Below, one piece after another: positions 39,501 through 51,300 of a stretch of DNA of 64,000 nucleotides; the first letter of the stretch is position 1; each line of letters starts with the position of its first letter. A model generated the notes under the pieces. The model was not told the origin of the DNA, did no database searches, and was given only the letters and a program-made list of their open reading frames with translations. This stretch comes from Antedon mediterranea. Taxonomy: Eukaryota > Animalia > Echinodermata. The position numbers and the translations under genes are program-made. The stretch is taken from positions 24,477,175-24,541,174 of the forward strand of contig NC_092677.1 in assembly GCF_964355755.1 (NCBI RefSeq). Direction: 5' to 3'.

Positions 39501-42500
39501 AATATTCATAGGTTCTGTCTGGATTAAATTCTTCAATGTATTTGTTCAGAAAGCTCTTGCCACAGGTTGGTGTTATAGTGTTTTCGAGGTACTGTACTGT
39601 ACTTTTATAAAAAATATAATACAAAAAAAATTACTTTTCTCCTTGATTTTTTTTTTTTGTAATTTTAATGATACTTTCAGAGTAATCTATATCCAATATC
39701 TAATATAAATATCTATATCTTCATCTTTTTCAGAGTTCTGCCAGACATTATGCGAGTGTCATATTTTTCAAAGTATTAAATCCTCCCACATTTACGTTAA
39801 CTGCTGGAAGTCTGGAGAGTAGATTTTATGGACATTTCAGTTTTTTTGCTCCCTCCCATTTAAGTTTTGCTGTGGTATGTTTATTTTGATTACTGTATTC
39901 TTGTTCTACAGTGGTTCTACTGTTTATAAAATTCTAGATTTGAAATTCTTAATAGAATATCTATTAACTTATGCCTTAATATAATGCCAAGAACCAGTAA
40001 GGTCTGTTATGTTTACATTACTTGGATCTAGAAAAGAATATTGTCATGCAAATAATTTTGAATTTCTCCTATTACAATATAGTGTAAACTACAGTACTGT
40101 ACTGTAGATCTACAGTACTTTAAACTATAATTTTGAATTTCTACTTTAGGTTATGGATCTATCAGTTAATGTGAAAAAGAAAAGGGCAACCACTTTAACG
40201 TACAACTTAACACTTGTTAAGTAAGTACAATAACTGTGTCTATTTAGTCTATTTACTGTAGTGTAAATATGTCATAATTAACTAATTAATTAAAAGCAAC
40301 TCATGTATCTTTCAATCCTATTAATAGCAGTTGTCTTCTTTGACTGTAAATCTCTGAAATTTTCTTTTCTCTAGCTCTGTTGTAAATTTGATCAGTTTAG
40401 TGTAACAAAAAAAAACTTTCTTTAAATACTAGTTACAAAGATATAAAATATTTTTACAAACTTTTCGTGATGTTTACACTGGTTTTAGGTACTGTTGTAA
40501 AGGGTATATTTCCTTTATTGCAATATTGTAACTTGTACAGTAATAGCACGTATTACAGAGCATACAAATTAGCATAGATACACTGTATATATACTACTGT
40601 ATATTTTTAAGTGAGTTATACAATTTACCTATAATAGTGGAATACTAATTTTCTATTGATGTATGTTGATATAGTTACAAGTTAAATGATTTCATCTCTC
40701 CGAAACCAAATGTAAGTCAATATTAATTGAATACTAACCACTACAACGCCAGTAATTTAATACCATTTCTAATACAATCCCTCACAGTTTCATTCTCAAT
40801 TACTCCCCCAAACCCCCTCCCTGGTTCAAATGTTGTTTAAAACCTTCTCTCAATTCTGGTTAAATTTCATATCCAACTATCCCATCCATAGTAACCCTCA
40901 ACCATTGCACCAAGGGATTTTTTGAAATATAGAAAACCTTTCAATATCAAATGTAATGACAAAAAGAGAAATCGACGTTTCGGTACCATCATAGAACCAT
41001 TTTCAAGATCAAGTGAATACAAAACAATAATAATTATGTGCACTAAGCAGGGAGTTGCAACTCCCTGCACTAAGCACCAAAGTTGGTGACAGGAAATGCT
41101 ACTGAGGGCTAATTAAGTAATTAGCTCCTCCTATTGAGTTAGATCAACAATTTAGCTTTGATGGAATCCGATTGTTTATTGAGTGTTTATTGAGTGTAGA
41201 CTCAATTCCATCAAAGCTAAATTGTTTATCTAACTCAAAAGGAGGAGCTAATTACTTAATTAGCCCTCAGTAGCATTTCCTGTCACCAACTTTGGTGATT
41301 AGTGCACATAATTATTATTGTTTTGTATTCACTTGATCTTGAAAATGGTTCTATGATGGTACCGAAACGTCGATCTCTCTTTTTGTCATTAAATTTTATA
41401 TTGAAATTATATATTAAACATCTTTTAATTCATAGAAAACCTTTGCAATATAATTACAGTCAATTTGATACCCCATGCAATAACAAAGAAACATCTTAAG
41501 TGGAAAAAGTAGTGGGGCATTTAGACACCATTTTGGCCACTAAAGATGGCAGATAATATTCAAATTTAAGGTAAACATTCCCAGTATAAAATTGTGGTCA
41601 TTTTGATTACCCCATGTGTAAATGGATACATGCAGTAGGAAGTTTTAGTTCATTCACTTTTCAAAAGCATTAATGTTTTCATTCAGAGTTTCATACTGTA
41701 CTGTAACATAAGGTTGTGCAAATATTTTTCAGTTTTACGTACAGTAATCAATATTATTATTTCACAGCAAGAAGACATTGATAATGTATATGAGCCGATA
41801 AAAGTACTTTTTGGCATACTTAAGTCAAAACTGGATAGTGAGTTTCGTATTTTCATTAAATTCTTATTTAAATTAATGCTATAATAAATGCATGGTTCTC
41901 AAAAACTTTGTTTTAAGTATTAAATCAAACAATCCAATGCTTTCATCAATGTCGAAGAGTAGACCATTGAAAAAATTACACTCATATTTTGATACTAAAG
42001 TGAATTGGGACACAATGTGATAACTGAAAGTAAACAAAACTAACTAATCTGCAGTAATGGCAGGAATACAGTTACTTACACTGATAAGTGAAATAAATTA
42101 ATTAAAATAATTATAAATATTATAATAGTTGTCAGATTAAATGAGAATGCATTCTAATTAAAAGGACTGTTGTTTTTTTTTTCTAGAAAAAATGGCAGAG
42201 GGCTTTGAAAAACTGGCACAGAGCCTTTTATGTGTTGATGGAGTTGAGCTGGTGAAACCAGAAATCACTATTGAAAAGGTGAGTAGAATAGAATTGTTTG
42301 CAGTGAATTTGATATACATTGTTATGATTGTAAAATTCACGGATGTGTTTGGAATTGTTTATAGAGATGAAGAGTTTGAAATGGCTACCAGGCATTGATT
42401 TTTTTATACTATGCATCACAGTTTGCAGTGACATTAATATAAATTTGGTTCTGAAATGTTACAAAGAAAGTGTACTGGCTGTCATCTACTGTACTAGGGA

Positions 42501-42705
42501 TGATTTTTTTTTACTATTTACTTCATAATATTATTTGTTGTCATTTAAAATTAAATTATTTATTGATTATTATTCTGTTTTTAAGGATTATATCCTAGTT
42601 GGTACAGACATCAAATACAAAGTGCCTCTTGGAAATGAACCTGTCAAGAAAAGTTCTAAAGAAAAAAAGAAAAAAACAAACAATAACCAGAAAGATGAAC
42701 TTTAA
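33586..42705 (+). CDS. BPI/LBP/PLTP/CETP-family protein, 15 exons, 483 aa, signal peptide, C-terminal KDEL
   Basis: Exons 33586-33700, 35668-35779, 35949-36080, 36197-36273, 36693-36786, 37079-37145, 37262-37325, 37499-37596, 37984-38145, 39734-39874, 40150-40220, 40675-40711, 41768-41837, 42187-42278 and 42586-42705. All GT-AG with matching phases, 1452 nt open. Family hallmarks: NPGLKIKVTKNGLKY, IQIP, the Cys pair (SQC...VCD), VDYSLVSAP, SRMLYLWL and DYILVGTDIKY. Confidence 0.9.
33960..35410 (+). repeat. Interspersed repeat in BPI intron 1 with a terminal hairpin (Helentron/HINE-like)
   Basis: Ends in the hairpin taattcgtca-aag-tgacgaatta (~35367-35389). An inverted diverged copy is at 470-1005. 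CG-rich core (cgcgcgt). Boundaries are approximate. Confidence 0.55.
38495..39443. mobile_element. Palindromic non-autonomous element in BPI intron 9
   Basis: Long hairpin ~38517-38636 (gtgtaatggtacaaataatgg...ccattatttgtaccattacac) plus an inverted pair taacatctaaatagattcctgtcatttga (38668-38696) / tcaaatgacaggaatttatttaggtgtta (39415-39443). Confidence 0.65.
40939..41406. repeat. Near-perfect foldback (~200-230-bp arms) in BPI intron 12
   Basis: 40939-41168 is the reverse complement of 41205-41406; mirrored ORFs 40867-41070(-) and 41302-41499(+) reflect this. Flanked by the direct repeat atagaaaaccttt (40929, 41432). Confidence 0.93.
41048..41067. mobile_element. 20-bp palindromic remnant with 7-bp TSD (probable excision footprint)
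   Basis: cactaag CAGGGAGTTGCAACTCCCTG cactaag; absent from the opposite arm of the foldback. Confidence 0.7.
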
Positions 42706-43094
42706 AATCTGTAAACACCGTTTCAGGTTATTATACTGTAGCTCTGTTTCTGTTCCAATGCTGATTGATTTTGAATGGATTGAGTAAACTTATAAAACTA
42801 GCTGCTTCCTTAATTACTACTGTACTTTAAATACAAATTCAGATCTAAAAAATATTATTACTTTTAGCAGTGTTCTTTGATAAGTAGAATTATTAAATTT
42901 AGCTGAGAAATTATAAATTCCATAGCAATTATTTTAATGGTGAGTTAATTTACCTTCAGGTTTTTTGGGTCTTTTTTTATGTATACAGTACGTACCACTA
43001 TATTAATTTCATCATTTATCACAATTACATATTAAATTAAAATGTAAAGTACATCTGTGGTACAGAGTGATGATAGTTAATAACATTATTACAT

Positions 43095-43985
43095 AGCCTA
43101 TGTAAATACGTGAACGTGATTGGTTGAAACTGCATTACATGACTACCGCTGCGAGGATCGTAAATCATGCATTTCCTCGAGTACGATAATAATGTTCGCG
43201 TCATTATCGTGCCCCTGTCTTTAAACATATAAAATCCAGTAAATTCTTGAGCATGATGATATTGACTGTGTAATTTTCATGTGGCAACACTCGCGTTTGC
43301 CGATAGATAAACAAAAGTCATCTACTGAGACTTGAACTCACTTAGATTATTCCACATCATCACGAGACAACATTTTACACGCTGCTCCACGAAACTTGCT
43401 TGAAGAAATTAATCAACTAAACTAATTTAAACTATGCATACATAGTGCCCTCATTTGTTATTCGCCTTCCACCGTTTGTGATATAGTCAATACTTACGGT
43501 AGTAACGTGGTATGCGCGGCGCGCTGAACATCCGGTGATTGTGGCTCCTCGAAGAAGACGAATTACTATTTATTCGGCCTACCTGATAATAATAATAATA
43601 ATATGTAAGCTTATGGATGGAAATTCTTCTGTTAATTTAAACGATCTAGGCCTAAATGAATATTTTATTGCCAAGGAATCATTAATTAGTAATTATCTGT
43701 ATAATTATTCTTTGCAAGGTACAGTAAGGTCAATGCAACACCTAACTAGGCAGGCTTATTACATAAAGGAGGCCTAGCTATCCGACCCAGTAGATATTCA
43801 ACTTGTTGTTGGCTATTTAAGATCCAGATATCGGCTTTAATATATTGGTGAAATATATGATTTGACACCCCCTCGGGAATGATTGATATTTTGTTCGAGG
43901 GAATATATTTCCCTCGAACAAAATATCATTCCCTTGGGGATGTCAAATCTTATATTTAACCTCTAACCAGTAAATGTCGTATAAT
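43095..43985. mobile_element. Probable non-autonomous element with a subterminal palindrome
   Basis: Hairpin ~43848-43961 (atttgaca...gatatttttgttcgaggg-aatatattt-ccctcgaacaaaatatc...tgtcaaat). Boundaries are approximate and the family is not assigned. Confidence 0.45.
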
Positions 43986-44480
43986 ATAACAGTACACAGT
44001 AGTGTGGATTGTTTTGTTGAAATTTAGTCAAATAAGTACAGTACCTATATAATTTATTTTACATTTGTTTCTTAATGTGTGGTACCGTATTTAATTATTG
44101 CTTTATGATGGGCTGTAATTTCAATCCTTTTTAATTTCAATTTGAAAGGGCATGTTCAGACCAACTAAAGTTATGGTTTCGTATTAAAACACACAGTGGG
44201 ATAATTTAAAATATTTAAATAGAATACTATAACTAGACCTATGTTTTACTGTAGGCTAGGCTACAATACAATACAATATGTCATCACTGAGTCTCATCAG
44301 CAGATGGAAGCTTTGGAGTTCCAGAGCAATCTAGGCTAGGCCTAAGCCATCTAGTTTTAGTACCGTAAGTATCAGAAATAAAAAAGTTACACTAGAGTTT
44401 CGCTATCGCTATCTGTTCCCGTGTTTTTCGTTATCAAAACTTAGGTTAACGTATTATGTTAAATGACATTAATTTTAAAT

Positions 44481-46600
44481 ATGGCTCCACCAAGATTACC
44501 AGAAAAAGTAAAGCTTAAGAGACATCGATATACTGACCCAGCACTTATCTTGCGTGCTATCTCTCGTATAAAAAAGGGCGAAATATCGACAAGTCGAGCA
44601 GCATCGCTATACAATATTCCACGGACAACTCTTTCCGATAAGTTGCATAATAATTAAATAATTAAATATATTACTTATCTGGAGGACCAAACTTAAAGCC
44701 TTGGCTTAATGCGTCCTCCTCACACAATTGTATTTACTAGATGGTACGCTCGCTTCGCTCGCGTACCATCTAGGTCGTGCCCACAGATGGTTCTCGAATA
44801 CATAATAATTTCAGCGTTAAAAAACTGGTGATTTCAAATGTACAATAATGCAGGACAATAATACATTTCGTTTACAGGAACGAATAAATAGACACTGTGA
44901 TTTATGTACTCAACTAAAATTAGCACCCTGGGAATTACTTCCGAAAGAGAAACTTGTCACAAAATGAGACCAATTGTTTAAGTCAAATTTAAACAAACTT
45001 AATTTGTGTTTTGTATGTAACATTATGGTTGAGGGATGGGGAAGAGGATGGGTGCAAAGAGTAACAATTTTTAAATATATTCTTTATCCATTTAGTAACG
45101 AAATATTAATTGTTTTCATGTTTTACAAATAATATACCACTAAACACAGTAAAACATTACGATGTAATTACTATTATAATGTTAAACAATTTGTGAAAAC
45201 CACCTCTATTCGGGGCAAATCATAAATTCGATTTAATCGTTAATAAATATTAAATTTTCTAACTCAACTTAATTAGTAGGCCTGATAGTTTTCAATTGTT
45301 TCTAGAGCCAATTCATACTTAAGTTGGTTCCTACCCTACCCACCAGAGTTGTTGTTGATCCTTCGTACCACCGTAGGCCTATCCTCTACTGGCTTTACAA
45401 CGCTATTCATGCCAGTTCCCGGGGTGGTTTAACTGCAATAATAAAGATTTGTACATAATATACGGCGACTGAAAACGCTAGCTCATTATACGTTAAAAAA
45501 AATCTATATCCAACCTCTGCAGCACAGATTGAAAAAAAATGGATCGAATTTCTGTTATGAGTATACAGTACTTGCCTTTACGACGCCTGAGGGAATAGAC
45601 ACTTGTGGAACAGAGATTAGAATGTTCCATTCATCGCAAATCAATACATTTGTATAAACATATATTAAATGTATCAAAATAGCATTTTTTAAGGAAAATC
45701 GGCCTGTCTTCAACATTATGACGCTGTACTCCAGCTGTTCAACCGGTTTTCAGCTATTAAAAACAATTATCGTAGGAGGAGATAGGAAAATGCGAAGTGT
45801 CCTCGTATTATTGTATGCGGGTATTTTTCAAATTGACATCTAATAGACAGTGTATACCACGATCAGAAAACACCCCTATTTGGGGCAAATCGTTGAACCT
45901 AAATTCGTTTTAATCGTCAATAACTAATTACCGAACTCAATTTAATTAGTAAACAGGGTTACATCAGGTGGTTAAAATCAGTACCAAAAGTATGAACCAA
46001 CTTTATATACCATCGAGTAAACATTCTAGAAATAACGCGCGATTTACCGAATTTTGCCCTTACGTAAATGTATATATAGATTAATTTATGTTTCTGTTCT
46101 ATTGTATTGTATTGTGTGAAACAATAAACTTGAAACTTTAAACTTGAATAATCGACGACCAATAACAGGCAAATCGGGCCCAAAAACAATTTTGACAGAT
46201 GCCGAAGAGGATGTGAGTATTTTAAGTTAATATTGTAAAGTCACGACCAAACCAAAGACCCATAAAAACAATGATAATCAGGGTCGGATTTAGAAGAGGA
46301 TTGGAATGGCCCCTTCCGCCCTTTTGTATAATACAAAAAACACGGGGGCCCGTGCCTTAAAATACTTGGTGTATCCTGGATCCGCCCCTAATAATTGTTA
46401 CTACTTTGGTTGTATTTCAGTTATTATCAGACTGGTTAATTAATATGTCAAGAATCGGGTATCCGTTGACGAGTGGCAGCTTCAGGATGAAGTAAAGCGT
46501 ATAACAGACGAAGATGGAAGAGAAAATGTCTTTGTAGATAATCGGCCAGGAAAAAAGTGGATATCACTTTTTTTTTAAACGCCACCCAGGACTTACTGAG
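44481..46600 (+). mobile_element. Broken pogo/Tigger-type transposase N-terminus (HTH_psq + CENP-B HTH), intron-containing and split by a 1.5-kb insertion
   Basis: 44481-44654 encodes ...SRAASLYNIPRTTLSDKLHNN. It continues at 46153-46212 (RRPITGKSGPKTILTDAEED). GT-AG intron 46213-46420, then LLSDWLINMSRIGYPLT / frameshift / QLQDEVKRITDEDGRENVFVDNRPGKKWISLFFKRHP. aataat is duplicated at 44649 and 46147. No DDE domain seen. Confidence 0.82.
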
Positions 46601-47536
46601 CTCTCCTAATTGTATCTATAATATTAGGCCTATATGATTATTTGTTTAATCTCAAGTTGTTTTAGGCCCATATAACACTATGTTTCATTGTTTTTATGAT
46701 TATTTTACGAAGGAAAACGGACACACGCCAATTGAACAGGAACCAGGCCCAAAATATTAAAGGCATCACACACGTTTAGAGAAAAATATAATAATATGGG
46801 GATACACAGCTATTTGGAGGCATACCCGTGACACCATACACCTTAGAATAACTGTTAGAAGCCTATTAGGAGGATACGATAATAATGTTTCGGGCTAGAA
46901 AGGTATGTACCCAATGAAATCAACGGGTATTTCACTATATACAGAATATTCAGATTGCACCACCTGAAACTGTATAATTGGTATACATTTTACTATAATA
47001 AACCTACTATATTGTAGTTCTTGTATTAAAAGGTTAGGCCTATCTTCACTTGTTTATTATAATGATAATATTAATAATATTTCTAATTCGGCAGATAAGA
47101 CGGTGTAACTGATGGACCACAGAAAACTTCACACTGTCTTCAATCAATATTTCATTATAACCGTAACTATGTGCCAAACAAAGGTAAAACTCATAGTGCA
47201 AAATAGTAATGGCCATTGCAAAAATCCAAGTCTACAAATATTAATATTTGCAAGTTAAAAATGTGTTTAGCCTATATGTGTATATTTTGCATTTTCTTGA
47301 GAACTAAATGTCCAAAAAACTACATTATTGTACAAGAAGCACAAGTTATAATTTGTAATTTTAAAACATTATTACATTTATGTACAGGTTTTTTGATACA
47401 AGTAGTTTTAAAAACACTATTTCTCAAATTCACCCATTTGTTTCCGACATTGCATTTCCATTTTTTAAGCTATTGTTAGTTGAAACTAGGCTGGTTACAA
47501 AACCATTACACACAATTTGCGTACACATGGTTATAG

Positions 47537-47563
47537 CAGGGAAGAGTTAAAAACTCTTCCCTG
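47537..47563. mobile_element. 27-bp palindromic remnant with 7-bp TSD (same family as 20617-20648)
   Basis: gttatag CAGGGAAGAGTTAAAAACTCTTCCCTG gttatag. Confidence 0.7.
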
Positions 47564-47813
47564 GTTATAGTGACATTAACCTAATCACAGTATTTTTCCT
47601 ATGAAATGTAAACTTTAAAAAAAAATTCTCCATCTGGCCATTTTAATAGTATATTGGTATAGGCATCTATAACATATATTTATTTATAGATTATATTGTT
47701 TTGCCTATAATTTAGTATATTTACATGTATAACATGTAAACATGTAAATGAGATAACATAATAAAACTACGGAAGCCCGTTCGGGCCACAAGTTAACTAT
47801 ATTTTAAAAGCTG

Positions 47814-47923
47814 TTATCTGGCGGCCGCCACTTAATTATCTGGCGGCCACCACTTAATTATCTGGCGGCCACCACTTAATTATCTGGCGGCCGCCACTTG
47901 ATTATCTGGCGGCCGCCACTTAA
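47814..47923. repeat. 22-bp minisatellite, 5 copies
   Basis: ttatctggcggccgccacttaa repeated five times. Confidence 0.95.
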
Positions 47924-48026
47924 TTATTAGTACATGTCCCGTCACGTGACATGTACGTGCATTGGATCCGAGGCGATGTTGCATATGGAACGCCATCGCT
48001 GCCTCCGGCAGCAAACTTTAATTCTA

Positions 48027-48350
48027 TTCGGCTCTTTTACCATTACGTTCGGCTCTTTTAGCATTCGGCGCATCTCTATTCGGCCCATTTACCATTACGT
48101 TCGGCTCTTTCAGCATTCGGCGCATTTCTATTTGGCCCATTTACCATTACGTTCGGCTCTTTCAGCATTCGGCTCTTTCAGCATTCGTCTCTTTTTTATT
48201 CGGCCCATTTACCATTACGTTCGGCTCTTTTAGCATTCGGCTCTTTTTTATTCGGCCCATTTACCATTACGTTTTGCTCTTTATACGGGCCTTTTTTATT
48301 CGGCTCTTTCTGCATTACGTTGGGCTCTTTTTAAATTGGCATTTTTTTAT
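48027..48350. repeat. Compound ttcggc-based minisatellite (probable transposon subterminal repeats) abutting NLR copy C
   Basis: Recurring attcggctcttt / accattacgttcggctctttcagc / attcggcccattt units. Confidence 0.85.
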
Positions 48351-48373
48351 ATGGCGCAATTAAAATCTAACCT

Positions 48374-51300
48374 TTGACATGGGGTCAAATGGAAGAAAAT
48401 CAACGACTGGAAATGCAAGAGCAAGTTAGTCTGTCTATTTTTAGTAAAAATACTAGTCTTCCGAAAGATAAAACAATTATACAAACGTTTATAGAGAGAC
48501 ATGACAAAGAATTAGTTGTGCTGTTGGATGGATTAGATGAGTTAGAATATAATGTTGTGGGCCCAAAAGAGATATTAGAAGGCAACGAACTGAGGAAAGG
48601 CACAGTTATTATGACATCACGACCGGGTTTTTCTATAGACTTACTTAATCATTGCGATATTTATGTAAAAGTAGAAGGGTTCTCTAAATATAACATAAAG
48701 AAATTCATTCAAAAATATTTTATATTTATTGAAAAACCTGCGCTTGGCGATTCTTTGAGTGAAGAATTCAATCTTGATTCGATATATCCAAGTGCTTGGG
48801 GTGGTGATCATACAATAATATTTAAACTATTGCACTCCCCTTTTTTGTTACTTAATATGTGTACTATATGGCAACATGAAGAGATAATCCCTAACAATTT
48901 TCAAAACTTTTTTATAGAACTTTTTCGCTGCATTTTAAATCAGTACAGCAACAGAAATAGTACTTCAAAAGCAATACCAAAATTTGACGACTTTCCGGAA
49001 GAATTTATCCTATCCATTCGAATATTAGGACATATTAGTTACAAAGAATTACAGAAAAATTTACTTCATTTTACTAAATTGGATTTAGGAAAACTAGTAG
49101 AAAATGAAACTTTAGTTGACTTATCACTTAAATTAGGTTTTGTTTACAAGGATCCACCTGCTGTTCAAAACTCATTCTCGGAGACTTACCGATATCCACA
49201 TAAGTTACTGGCAGAGGCATTAGCTGGGTTCTATTTGTCTTACAAATGCCAATTTGAGACATTCGATTTTGAGGAAAGTGAAGAAATAAGAACTAACTAC
49301 TATCTACATATGACTAGAGTGTTTACAATTAGTTTTCTAGGCCCCAACGCGGACAAACTTATGAAATACTGGTCGATGAACAATGCTTCTCATTATTACT
49401 CATTTGCAGAATATTTTACATATGTAAACCAAGACCACGAAAAAAAGGTATTAAAATCACTTGATGGGTACAGCACATCTGAAGAATTGAAATTAGTTCA
49501 ACGTTTAAAACAGTCCTTTGAAACGTTTTATAGTATTACAAATTTACACTTCATACAGCTTTTGAAAAAAATGTTACATGACCAACAAGCAGTAATAAAC
49601 GTTAACATCTTCATACATGAACATATACATGAACAATCAACTCAAAAATCATCTGAAGATGTTTGTAGGCTTGTAGCGCATGTCTCAATGCTATTACTTC
49701 ACGATGATGTTACAAAAAATGCTTTATATTTACTGTCTCTAATTAATAAAAGGGGTGATAGAGCTATTGAAATTCTTTCAGACGAATGGAGAAGATACCA
49801 TTTTAGTGAACAAATACACTTCCTTTTTTTAAACAAAGATATGTTTTCTATTAATTTCAATGGCACATGTTTATGTAGATTTTTTCAAATTGTTCCCAAC
49901 CTTCAATTTCTTGAAATGAGCCGTTTTTCTGATGGTATGGTTTTAAACGAAATGTTAACCGAATGTGAAAACATGTTTTCGAAATTAAGGAAACTTGATC
50001 TTATGGGCAATGATTTAACAGATATAAATGGAACATTATTAGGTCACATAATAAATATTTCTAACCATTTGAAACAGATTAATTTAAGCTATTGTAAATT
50101 AAATGGTACACATATAAATACTATGTTTGAAAAAATTAATTATCTAAAGAATATTACCATTACATTAGAAAACAATAACCTCTCAGATATTGATACAGAT
50201 TCACTTGTAAAGCTGATAAACTTTAAAACAGGCATGCAGTTAGAATGGAACGATTATGATCTATCAGCCAAGCACTTACAAGCTCTTCTGATTTCACATC
50301 AGAAGTACAGATTTCTAAGAGTCGATAGTATTGATTTGGATAATATAGACCTATCATTAATTAATGGAAGTATACTAGCTAACATTTTTGTTATATTTCC
50401 AAATATGAAACATCTTTATATGATTGATTGTAATTTAGTAGGTAGCACTATTTCTGATATGCTAAATACACAAATATCTAGTAGTACGCACGTAAATAGT
50501 ATGTTGAAGGAAACTGTTGCAAAGTATCTAGAATCTAAAAAAATTGTCATTTATTTAGAAAATAATGACCTTTCAGATATTGATACAGATTCACTCGGAA
50601 AGCTGATAGACGTACACCTTGATAGTAGATATTATTGGTTTTATTTATATTGGAAATCTAATTATAATCTATCAGCCAACAACTTACAAGCTCTTCTTAT
50701 TTCACCTCAGAAGTACAGATTTTTAAGATTCGAGCGTGTTTATTTGAATAATGTAGACTTATCATCAATTAATGGAAGTATACTAGCTAACATTTTTGTT
50801 ATATTTCCAAATATAACACATATTTTTATGAATAACTGTAATTTAGTAGGCAGCACTATTTCTGATATGCTAAATACACAAATATCTAGTAGTACGCATG
50901 TAAATAGTATGTTGAAGGAAACTGTTGCAAAGTATCTAGAATATAAAGAAATTTCCATTGAATTAAGTGGAAATAACCTTTCAGATATTGATACAGATTC
51001 ACTCGGAAAGCTGATAGACTTGTGGAATAGTTTTGAGTTTCACTACAATTGGAAAGGTGATTACAATCTATCAGCTAACAACTCACATGCTCTTCTGAAT
51101 TCACCCCAGAAGTACCGGTTTTTAGGATACTTTATTGTTGATTTGAATAATGTAGACTTATCATCAATTAATGGAGGTATACTAGCTAACATTTTTGTTA
51201 TATTTCCAAATATAACACATCTTTTAATGAATAACTGTAATTTAGTAGGCAGCACTATTTCTGATATGCTAAATACACAAATATCTAGTAGTACGCATGT

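Noticed and set aside
40867-41499. Twin ORFs on opposite strands
   Set aside because: Artefact of the foldback; intronic.
42599-42787. ORF 42599-42787 as the last BPI exon
   Set aside because: Wrong frame. The phase-0 join at 42586 gives the family-typical DYILVGTD and ends in KDEL.
46690-47200. Possible further exons downstream of the transposase fragment
   Set aside because: Splice-like signals exist, but no continuous frame or recognisable domain could be built.
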